Of a stretch of 64,000 bases of DNA, positions 53,034-61,093 are shown in pieces. Numbering within the stretch: the first letter of the stretch is position 1; each line of letters opens with the position of its first letter. The position numbers were made by a program, and so were the translations under genes. Under the pieces are notes generated by a model. It was not told where the DNA came from and did not search any database. It saw only the letters and a list, made by a program, of their open reading frames with translations. Where the stretch lies: sequence record MZ475897.1. One strand, given 5' to 3'.

Positions 53034-53546
53034 ATGACTAAGAAAATCATTTCCGGCCTGAACAAAAACCTGAAAGCTATCGCTAAATCAGAAGCTGCCC
53101 TGGCCAAAACTGTTGCTGCTACTAACAAAGAGATCGAAAACCTGGGTTCACAGCGTGCTGGTATCGAAGCGCAGATCGCTGAACTGTCTGGTGTTGCTGC
53201 TCCTGCCAAAGCTGATAAAAAAGCTAAAGGCGCGAAAGCAGAAAAAGCGGCCAAGCCTGCTAAAGCTGAAAAAGCAGCTAAAGCCGGTAAGAAAGAAAAA
53301 GCTGCTAAAGCTGAAAAGCCAGCCAAAGCTGATAAAAAAGCTAAAGTCGCCAAAGCTGAAAAAGCTGCTAAGCCTGCCAAAGCTGAAAAAGCTGGCAAGA
53401 AAGAAAAAGCTGCTACCAAGCCTGCTAAAGCTGATAAAAAAGCGAAAGGCGCCAAGGCCGACAAAGCTGCTAAAGGCGGTAAAGCTGACAAAGCCGGTAA
53501 GAAAAAGAAAGCGCAGTCTGATGACTTCGAATTCGAAATGGAATAA
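53034..53546 (+). CDS. histone H1/AlgP-like K/A/P-rich protein with N-terminal coiled coil
   Basis: GGAG SD; repeated KPAKAEK/PAKADKK units; ends KKKKAQSDDFEFEME. Confidence 0.85.
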   Translation: MTKKIISGLNKNLKAIAKSEAALAKTVAATNKEIENLGSQRAGIEAQIAELSGVAAPAKADKKAKGAKAEKAAKPAKAEKAAKAGKKEKAAKAEKPAKADKKAKVAKAEKAAKPAKAEKAGKKEKAATKPAKADKKAKGAKADKAAKGGKADKAGKKKKAQSDDFEFEME

Positions 53547-53579
53547 GCAAGCGGTCGCATAGCGCGATAACTTGATCGA

Positions 53580-53608
53580 GAGGGCAGCGCTGACGGGCGT
53601 TTGCCCTC
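53580..53608 (+). terminator. hairpin
   Basis: GAGGGCAGCGC...GCGTTTGCCCTC. Confidence 0.55.
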
Positions 53609-53644
53609 TTGTCGTATCTAACTCATTTTCGAGGCTCTTTAAAA

Positions 53645-54130
53645 ATGTCCAAACAAGAAGTATTCAACCGTCTTGATGACCTTCATGCAAAAGAGCGTGA
53701 GCGTATCAAACAAGCCAAGCAAGGCCCCTCCTATTTCGAACTGACGAACCTGCGTATTGAAGCAGCCGCTCGTCTCGCTCGTGCCCTACAAACTCTCAAA
53801 GCCGCAAACGTTGTTGGTAACGTTGAAGGTGTCTCTCTGCAGGAAGATGCGCTTGAAGTCGCTCAAGCCTACTGGTCTGCTATCTTAGAAGGCTTAACCC
53901 CTGTAGTAGTTGAAGGCTCGCCTATGCGCAAGCTGCTTGATGGCATGCCTGCATGTATCGAAGCGTTCCGTGTTATCGTAATGGAAAGCGCTATGCGTGA
54001 ACATCTAGTCGTTCAATGCAATGCGATTGCAGATGACATTAAGGGTTTCCCGCAACTGACTGGTCATGTTCTGCCTACTATTCAACACACCTGCGAAGAG
54101 GGATGCAACTGTGGCTCAATCACTAAGTGA
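53645..54130 (+). CDS. hypothetical protein
   Basis: GAGG SD. Confidence 0.8.
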   Translation: MSKQEVFNRLDDLHAKERERIKQAKQGPSYFELTNLRIEAAARLARALQTLKAANVVGNVEGVSLQEDALEVAQAYWSAILEGLTPVVVEGSPMRKLLDGMPACIEAFRVIVMESAMREHLVVQCNAIADDIKGFPQLTGHVLPTIQHTCEEGCNCGSITK

Positions 54131-54899
54131 GAAGATTAACCGTTACTTCAATCTGATGGAGGACATCCGTGCTGAGATGTTCCGCGTGATTGATGTATCT
54201 GACCGTTATTTCGGTATCGTTAGTTTCAACACTAACATGCAGGCACTGCAAACCACACTGGTGAGCAAATCCACCCTGATGGAAGTTAAGCTGCTTGAGG
54301 GTATCACTGGTGCGGAGATGATTGCGTTTGGCAATATGGTTCACACTGTAGAGCAATGGGTTGCTGGTGGCATGAAAGGCGCTTTCCCTATCGAGCAGAC
54401 CAAAGACGTGTATGCCAAATATCGCGCTGCTACCTCAGATGAACCACAGGCGCAAAATGAACCGGAGCCTGCTAATACCCCGCAGCCTGCTAATACCCCG
54501 CAGCCTGATGCTGATGAGTTAGACAGCCAGGAACTGGACAATATCAAAGTTCAACTTCTGTCCTTCGATGACTCTGAACTGATCGACCATGCCGCTCAGT
54601 TTAAACTTGGGACGCGTACACGCCTACGCAGAATGTGCCGAGATGATCTGTTGGACATGCTGTTTGACCATCATGGTATCTATGCAGAAAACGATCAGCG
54701 CCGTAATGAAAGTGTCGCAGACTGGTTAGAGCGTATCCCTCTCGATGATGCTCTCCGCGAAGTCGACCGCATAGATGATAGCAGTGTACTTGATCACGTT
54801 GCGGACGCTATGAGCGTTATGTCGGGTGTCAATGACGCTGTGACGCGAGCGCGTATAAAGCAGTCGCTGAAAGAGCTACACACTAAGCCCGCGCAGTAA
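54111..54899 (+). CDS. hypothetical protein with HeH-like module
   Basis: Probable GTG start; LLSFDDSELIDHAAQFKLGTRTRLRRMCRDDLLDMLF. Confidence 0.8.
   Translation: MAQSLSEKINRYFNLMEDIRAEMFRVIDVSDRYFGIVSFNTNMQALQTTLVSKSTLMEVKLLEGITGAEMIAFGNMVHTVEQWVAGGMKGAFPIEQTKDVYAKYRAATSDEPQAQNEPEPANTPQPANTPQPDADELDSQELDNIKVQLLSFDDSELIDHAAQFKLGTRTRLRRMCRDDLLDMLFDHHGIYAENDQRRNESVADWLERIPLDDALREVDRIDDSSVLDHVADAMSVMSGVNDAVTRARIKQSLKELHTKPAQ
54468..54503 (+). repeat. 18-bp perfect tandem repeat x2 (PANTPQ)
   Basis: CCTGCTAATACCCCGCAG twice. Confidence 0.95.
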
Positions 54900-54923
54900 G
54901 TCAAATTTGTCTCTACACTAAGC

Positions 54924-54968
54924 TGGACAGATCGTGGGTAGCGTCTGACGCTCTGCCTATGTTATAAT
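54924..54968 (+). promoter_or_regulatory. TGGAC-class promoter
   Basis: TGGACAGATC 39 nt upstream of TATAAT; inverted repeat in between. Confidence 0.8.
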
Positions 54969-55039
54969 ACATATAGGACAAGTAGTGTCTGAATATGCTA
55001 ATATCGAGTGGTCAACGCTACTCATTAGGAGAAACGAAA

Positions 55040-57067
55040 ATGGCGAAAACGCCTAAAGCCGCAAAAGTCAAAAAGGGTGACGGCTCCCAAGATGGCTTCA
55101 CTATCGCAGAAGGCCTCGACGGGATTCGACTAAACCCTGGCATGTACATGGGTCAACAGGGTGCGGACATGGCGTATCGCGCTGTGAAAGAACCTGTGGA
55201 CAATGACTACGATGAATACATCGCAGGTCGTAACAAGTTGATCGAAGTGGTCATTGATTACGATAGCGACCTGAACATCGTAGCTGACCAAGCAGGCGGC
55301 ATTCCTACCGACTTTAAGAAACTGAAAGACGGTACGAAAGAAACGATCATGACCGCAGCGTTTAGCCGTGTTCATGCGGGTGGTAAATTCAACGATCAGG
55401 CATATAAGACCTCTGCTGGTACACACGGTGTAGGTGTAGCTGCACTGAACGCAATCTCCAGTCAGTTGCGTGTGTGGTCAATGTACAAAGGCAGTTGCGC
55501 TTATCAGATGTGGCAGTGTGGCGAAGTCAAGTCGGGCAAAGACCCTAAGAAAGTCAAGACCATCGACAAAGACGTTATGAGCCTGCTGCGCGATAAGAAG
55601 CACAGCAAGTACGGTACTGTGGTAGCGTGGACGCTTGACCAGACTGTTGTGTCTGCTGACGCACAGCGTGGTAAGAAGCTGCCTAAGAACTACCGTCACG
55701 CTGCTCCAAACCCTGCACAGCTTGGCGAGTGGCTGCGTAACATGTCAATGCTCAACCCAGGCCTTGAGATTCGCCTGACGTTGATTAAGAAGGGCAAGCG
55801 CAAAGAGTTCACGTTCATCAACAAGAAAGACCTGAACTATGTTGTGAAGACTATGTGTGAAGAACGCGAGCTGGGAACTGTCGGCAAGCCGTTCATCTTC
55901 AAGTCTGACAATATCACTGCTGCGCTTGCTTGGACAGATCATGCAGACACTGACAACTTCCTCAGTTTCGTTAACACCAGCCCAACAGTTGATGGCGGGT
56001 GGCACGTTGTGGGTTTCCGTGATGCGCTGTTTGATGCCATCAAGCCTTTCATGAAAGAGCCGAAAGGTAAGGGCAAGAAGAAGAAGCAGGGTTTCAAGCA
56101 AGAAGACTTGTTGATCGGCCTGACCGGTATGTTCGACTGGCGTATGCACGGTGCTCAATACACCTCGCAGGTAAAAGATAAGCTGGCCAGCCGCGTCGAG
56201 AAAGACGTGTACGAAATGCTGAAAGATGCTTTCGTGAAATACTTCAAGGACAATAAGAAGGTCGCTACGACAATCATCAAACGTGCCGAAGCGATGAACA
56301 AGGGACGTGAAGAACTCAGCGCTGTCGTTAAGTCTATGGCTGACACGAAGAAGAAGCTGAAAGGTAACGCACTGCCTGCCGACCTCGTTGTCGCAAACAA
56401 GTGTAAGCCGCATGAGCGCGAGCTTGTCGTGGTGGAAGGGGATTCTGCTGGTGGTACTGCGAAAGATGCGCGTAACCCTGACTATCAGGAAGTTATGAAA
56501 GCTGGTGGTAAGCCGCTGAACGGTCTGAAAGCAAGTCTGGCTGACGTGCTCAAGCACAAAGAAGTGCAGGGTATGCTGGTGAGTATCGGTGCTGACCTGA
56601 AATCGCTTGACCCGAAAGCAGAAGCGCCAAAGTTGAGCACGAAGAATCTGCGTATCGGCAACATCCTGTTCCTTGCTGATGCTGACCCCGATGGCTTCCA
56701 CATCAACGTGCTGTTCCTCGGCGTTATCTATCGCTTGCTGCCTGACTTGATGAAAGAAGGCCGTGTGTGGATTGTTGACGCACCGCTGTACAACGTTATC
56801 CATCAGGGCAAACACTACGGTGGTATGACGTTTGAAGAATGCCGTGCTAAAGCGCCGTCTGCTGTAAAAGACAAAGACATTGTACGCGCTAAAGGTTGGG
56901 GTGAAGTTGAACCTGACGTGCTTGAAGCAATCGCGTTCAATCCGAAAACTCGTCGTCTCATTCGTGTTAACCCGTTTGAGAACGTTGAGCAGGAACGTTT
57001 CTTTAGAGGTGTAGTTGCAGAAGATGCAGTTCACCGTCGTCGCTTGCTCGGTCTGGAGGCAGCATGA
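55040..57067 (+). CDS. gyrB: type IIA topoisomerase subunit B (GyrB/ParE-like)
   Basis: EGLDGIRLNPGMYMG, EPVDN, HAGGKF, GTHGVGV, VEGDSAGG, DADPDG, KGWGE. Confidence 0.93.
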   Translation: MAKTPKAAKVKKGDGSQDGFTIAEGLDGIRLNPGMYMGQQGADMAYRAVKEPVDNDYDEYIAGRNKLIEVVIDYDSDLNIVADQAGGIPTDFKKLKDGTKETIMTAAFSRVHAGGKFNDQAYKTSAGTHGVGVAALNAISSQLRVWSMYKGSCAYQMWQCGEVKSGKDPKKVKTIDKDVMSLLRDKKHSKYGTVVAWTLDQTVVSADAQRGKKLPKNYRHAAPNPAQLGEWLRNMSMLNPGLEIRLTLIKKGKRKEFTFINKKDLNYVVKTMCEERELGTVGKPFIFKSDNITAALAWTDHADTDNFLSFVNTSPTVDGGWHVVGFRDALFDAIKPFMKEPKGKGKKKKQGFKQEDLLIGLTGMFDWRMHGAQYTSQVKDKLASRVEKDVYEMLKDAFVKYFKDNKKVATTIIKRAEAMNKGREELSAVVKSMADTKKKLKGNALPADLVVANKCKPHERELVVVEGDSAGGTAKDARNPDYQEVMKAGGKPLNGLKASLADVLKHKEVQGMLVSIGADLKSLDPKAEAPKLSTKNLRIGNILFLADADPDGFHINVLFLGVIYRLLPDLMKEGRVWIVDAPLYNVIHQGKHYGGMTFEECRAKAPSAVKDKDIVRAKGWGEVEPDVLEAIAFNPKTRRLIRVNPFENVEQERFFRGVVAEDAVHRRRLLGLEAA

Positions 57068-57321
57068 TGTTCAACAACGCAAAATGGTCTGACGGTACGA
57101 TGCTACGTTTTCTCGATATGCCTGACGTCCAGCACCCGCCAATGACCGAAGAGCAACGCAAGCAGTATGAAGCGTTAATGGCAAAAGGTCGTGAGTTGTC
57201 GAAAAACGTTACCGTATCTGCATTCAGTGTAGTTGACGGTAATCCCGCTGAGCGTGTGCAGGTGCAGATGAGTCGCACAACTCTCGATAAGATTAATGCG
57301 ATGCACTCAGGAGATCAGTGA
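57064..57321 (+). CDS. small protein, paralogous to 57318..57560
   Basis: FLDMPDVQHPPMTEEQRKQYEALMAK. Confidence 0.7.
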   Translation: MMFNNAKWSDGTMLRFLDMPDVQHPPMTEEQRKQYEALMAKGRELSKNVTVSAFSVVDGNPAERVQVQMSRTTLDKINAMHSGDQ

Positions 57322-57560
57322 TGCTCAAGGGTAAGAAAGTCAATCAAGCGCCGTCGCGTGCTGCACGAATCTTTCCTATAGTCGCTGGTACGGAGCACTG
57401 GCCTATCCCGTTATTCGATATGCCTGACATTCACATCAATATGAGCGATGACCAGAAAGCTCGTCTTGATTCTGCTATGGCTAACGTCAAGCAACACATT
57501 AAAGATAGCCCGTACAACGGGAAGCGATTCTTTACTATGCCTGGAGATGCTCATGAATAA
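57318..57560 (+). CDS. small protein, paralogous to 57064..57321
   Basis: LFDMPDIHINMSDDQKARLDSAMAN. Confidence 0.7.
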   Translation: MMLKGKKVNQAPSRAARIFPIVAGTEHWPIPLFDMPDIHINMSDDQKARLDSAMANVKQHIKDSPYNGKRFFTMPGDAHE

Positions 57561-57792
57561 GTTCCAGCGTCACATTAAATCTCTGCCTGAATCTGGTGCC
57601 AGCTTTCAGCAAGCAGCACCGCTAGGCCGTACTGTCGTAACACGTTCAGCGGGTATCACACGCGGTGTAACTCGCATGGCTTATCCTCAGTTGCAGCAAA
57701 TCCCGCGCAACTTATCGGGCCTGAATGATGTGAACGTTCGTCGCATCGATATTAACTTGGATGAGAATGTTTTCATCCAGACGCATTCGTAA
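57553..57792 (+). CDS. hypothetical protein
   Basis: GGAG SD, overlaps previous stop. Confidence 0.65.
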   Translation: MNKFQRHIKSLPESGASFQQAAPLGRTVVTRSAGITRGVTRMAYPQLQQIPRNLSGLNDVNVRRIDINLDENVFIQTHS

Positions 57793-57801
57793 GAGGCTGG
57801 C

Positions 57802-59463
57802 ATGCCAATCAAACCAAAGAAAGTCAAAGCGGCCAAAGCAGTTAAGCCTGCTAAAGCGACCGCTGTTGCAAAGCCACTTAAAGTCAAAGTGAAATCGAAA
57901 GCCGTTTCTGTCGATGACATTAAGACAAAGAAAAAGTCGAAAGAAGTCGCCACAGTGCAGACAGGCGCATCGCTCTATCCGATGATTGGTCAAGACGAAT
58001 CGAACATTCGTGATCAGGGCCTCGCAGACTACACACGCCACGCTCTGGGTGTGTACGGTTCTTACGTTGTTGAAGACCGTGCTATCGCTGACTATCGTGA
58101 TGGCCTCAAGCCTGTCCACCGTGCGCTGCTGTGGTCATTGTCTGATCTTAACTTGCGTCCTGGCGGTGCGTTCAAGAAATCTGCGCGTACTGTAGGTGAC
58201 ACGATTGGTAAGTATCACCCGCACGGCGATGCAGCCTGTTACGGCGCAATGGTAACGATTGCAAACACAGTGCCACCAGCTGTTGCTGGTTCTGGTAACT
58301 GGGGTAGCCCTGTTGACCCTGCTGCTGCGATGCGTTATACCGAAGCGAAGATGAGTAAGTTCACGGGCACGTTCTTGCTCGACTCTGATTACTTAGAAGT
58401 TGTGCCGCGTGTGCCTAACTTCTCAAACGATCTTGAGCTGCCGCTTTACTTGCCTGCGCTGCTGCCGTACATGTTGTTTAATGGCTCTGTGCCTGCACCT
58501 GCGTACGGCGTCAAGTGTGGTAACCCGTCATTCAGCTTCACTTCCGTATCTAAAGTCGTGTGTGAGATGCTGAGCGGCAAAGAGTACACAGCGAAGACGC
58601 TTGCGAAGACGCTTGAGATTCGCCATGAGTTCGGCTGTATCGACGTTAGCTCTGACGAAGATATGTACCAGCTTATCTCAACCGGCCGCGGTAAAGTCAC
58701 ATACGAACCGCTGATTAAGATCGATGAGAAGTCGAAGACCATCACGATTCAAACGTATGTGCCTGCTGGTATGTCAAACACTGCGGGTATCACGAAGAAG
58801 CTGGAGAAGATTTCTGAGTGGCCTGGCATTAGCTCCGCAGCAAACGCCAGCGGTAAGAAGAACAAGAACGCAGGTCCTTACGGAGCAGCGTTTGAGTTCC
58901 GCGTACGTGGTAGTGAAGACCAGTTGTACGAACTCGCCTCACGCATTCAGAAGGAAGTGACTGCGGGCGTCAACTACAATCTGGGAGTTACGATTCGTCG
59001 CGCTGATAAGCCGAACACCTTCAAGTATCTGAACTATCTGGATTACTTCAAGGCGTGGGTAGCGTATCGTATCAAACTCGAAACAGCCATGCTGAACAAC
59101 AAGCTGGCTAAAGCAGAGAAAGCCTTGCACTTGCAGCAAGTTTATCTGTGGGCAGTTGACAACATGAAGCAACTGCTGGCGGCCTTGCCTAAAGTGTTAG
59201 TCGCAGAAGACCCAGACAAAGCACTGGCCAAAGCGTGCAAGATTCCAGTTGAAGATGCGAAGATCATCCTCGACCGTCAAGTGCGTAAGCTCGCCAAGCT
59301 GGAACGTGGTGGTCTGATTGCCAAAATCAAAGACATTAAGGAAGAGATTGCTGGTTATAAGGCAGGCTTGAAAGCGCCAGGCAAACATGCAGCACAGAGC
59401 ACGGCTGCTAAAGTCAAAGCGTATATCAAATCACCTGATGACAAGCTGCCCGTAAGTCTTTGA
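57802..59463 (+). CDS. gyrA: type IIA topoisomerase subunit A (GyrA/ParC-like, no C-terminal pinwheel)
   Basis: RAIADYRDGLKPVHR, KSAR.VGD.IGKYHPHGD, AAMRYTEAK (catalytic Tyr), LLFNG-like; only 553 aa. Confidence 0.93.
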   Translation: MPIKPKKVKAAKAVKPAKATAVAKPLKVKVKSKAVSVDDIKTKKKSKEVATVQTGASLYPMIGQDESNIRDQGLADYTRHALGVYGSYVVEDRAIADYRDGLKPVHRALLWSLSDLNLRPGGAFKKSARTVGDTIGKYHPHGDAACYGAMVTIANTVPPAVAGSGNWGSPVDPAAAMRYTEAKMSKFTGTFLLDSDYLEVVPRVPNFSNDLELPLYLPALLPYMLFNGSVPAPAYGVKCGNPSFSFTSVSKVVCEMLSGKEYTAKTLAKTLEIRHEFGCIDVSSDEDMYQLISTGRGKVTYEPLIKIDEKSKTITIQTYVPAGMSNTAGITKKLEKISEWPGISSAANASGKKNKNAGPYGAAFEFRVRGSEDQLYELASRIQKEVTAGVNYNLGVTIRRADKPNTFKYLNYLDYFKAWVAYRIKLETAMLNNKLAKAEKALHLQQVYLWAVDNMKQLLAALPKVLVAEDPDKALAKACKIPVEDAKIILDRQVRKLAKLERGGLIAKIKDIKEEIAGYKAGLKAPGKHAAQSTAAKVKAYIKSPDDKLPVSL

Positions 59464-59501
59464 AAATCTGTAAATAGACTATGATAAACTCTGCACTAAG
59501 T

Positions 59502-59544
59502 TGGACAGAAGCCGCTTGAGATTATTCTTAGTCTATGATATACT
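59502..59544 (+). promoter_or_regulatory. TGGAC-class promoter
   Basis: TGGACAGAAG 37 nt upstream of TATACT; TTGAGA at -35; extended -10 TG. Confidence 0.72.
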
Positions 59545-59551
59545 GGTACTG

Positions 59552-59590
59552 TTGATTGCAGACATTCTGACGAGGGTTTTCTGCAATCAA
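59552..59590 (+). other. long hairpin in ~270-nt leader
   Basis: TTGATTGCAGA/TCTGCAATCAA perfect 11-bp stem. Confidence 0.7.
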
Positions 59591-59818
59591 GCCAGAAAGA
59601 GGAGGGTAGCGTATATAAGCAAAAGACGTAGCATAAAGTTGGGATGAAAATTCGAGCCGAAAAGGCCGGACGCTGTTTCAAGATTGACCTCTGAAACGGC
59701 AAATATTATAATCGACCTACAGAATACTAATATGTAGTTGCAGCACATTAGTTTCGACGTGTCGCTAGGGCCAAGAGTACGGTCCTCAACTCTTTTATGA
59801 GAAGTTTGGAATCCGCAA

Positions 59819-61093
59819 ATGAAAAATCAGGTACACAACCTCAAAGCTGGTTTGAACGTAGTTGTCACCTCACTGACGGAACTGCGTTCTGGAAAAAACA
59901 TGAAGCGCCAGCATGTTGTTGAAGTATTAGGTCAGCCGTCTTCCGTTTTGACTGACCTCACAAAGGCATTGAAAAGTAATACCTTCAAGTCATATCCTGA
60001 TGTACTCCAGTTGCGCGACTCAGTTCGTGCGACAAGCACTACCTGTCTTAACCTGTTAGAGCAAGTGGTATCACGCCGTATCAAGCCACGCGATCTGATG
60101 GAAAAACTTGGTGAAGTTGTGAAGTCGTTTGAAGCCGACGTTAAGCTGGCTGATTCGACCCTCGGGTATCTGCCTGAATCTCGTAAGACTCTCTCGCTCG
60201 ATGACGTTGAGCGCGATGCTGATGGTAAGCTGAATCTCAAATCCTTGAATGCGGTCAGTGAAAAGATCTATGAGCAAGAGACGAACGATAAGGCGATACG
60301 CAGAGAGCAACGCGAAGACGCAGCGACAGTAAAGACCAGTCGTGTGCTCCAGCGGCTCAAAGAGTCGTATGCTCACAAAGTCCCAAGAACGTTCAATAAA
60401 GCCATTCAAATAATCCAATTGCCTGTGATGGCACGATTCGGTACGCTCGCTATGAGTCCTGAGTCGCTGTCTAAGATGGGATTCAAAATTCAAACTGCTG
60501 GTCTGCACTCCACCCCGAGTTCTGACTTAGGTATTGTCTTTGAAAACCAGTTGCTGCTTTTCTTCCGTATGTCTGATGCTAAGGGCGTCGCAGAAGAAGC
60601 TGCAAAGAAACACAAGGACCTCGATGGAACTCTCGTAGAACGCAAACGCCTCCAGAAAGAAAGAAACGCAGAACGCCGCGACATTAAGAAGCTCAATCAG
60701 CTTTTGGCGGAAAACAAGTCACTCGTAGCCAAGCGCAAAATCCGTGAGCAAATTGCGGAAGCACAAGGCAACGTTGACGACATTACTGCGACTCTTGATG
60801 ACATGGACCAAAAGGTGCGCTCATCGAACTCCAAAGAGCGTGTGTATCGTCAGATGAAAACATCAAGCGATCACGCGATGCTGGATTACCTTAACCCTAT
60901 CGTCGATATGCTCAACGAGAAAAGCAGTTCAACTCTCGGTCTGTTTACTACCATGCCGTTACGCGGTGTCATGAAAGACGCTGACGTGCATTGCGCATGG
61001 CTCATGGAACAATCAGCTATTCGACTTCTGTTGCGCCATTGTGGCGGTGACGTGAAGTTGCAGAACTGGTTCTTGCCGTGGACTAATGGCTAA
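59819..61093 (+). CDS. hypothetical coiled-coil protein
   Basis: 424-aa ORF. Confidence 0.85.
   Translation: MKNQVHNLKAGLNVVVTSLTELRSGKNMKRQHVVEVLGQPSSVLTDLTKALKSNTFKSYPDVLQLRDSVRATSTTCLNLLEQVVSRRIKPRDLMEKLGEVVKSFEADVKLADSTLGYLPESRKTLSLDDVERDADGKLNLKSLNAVSEKIYEQETNDKAIRREQREDAATVKTSRVLQRLKESYAHKVPRTFNKAIQIIQLPVMARFGTLAMSPESLSKMGFKIQTAGLHSTPSSDLGIVFENQLLLFFRMSDAKGVAEEAAKKHKDLDGTLVERKRLQKERNAERRDIKKLNQLLAENKSLVAKRKIREQIAEAQGNVDDITATLDDMDQKVRSSNSKERVYRQMKTSSDHAMLDYLNPIVDMLNEKSSSTLGLFTTMPLRGVMKDADVHCAWLMEQSAIRLLLRHCGGDVKLQNWFLPWTNG

Noticed and set aside
55745-57034. 429-aa minus-strand ORF
   Set aside because: Antisense to the conserved topoisomerase B gene; no motifs
9633-59544. Dispersed TGGACAAAAT repeats as CRISPR or att sites
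   Set aside because: Not arrayed with spacers; constant distance to -10 boxes indicates promoters
52965-59725. TCGA(C)CTACAG match between 52970 and 59710
   Set aside because: Only two short imperfect copies; chance not excluded
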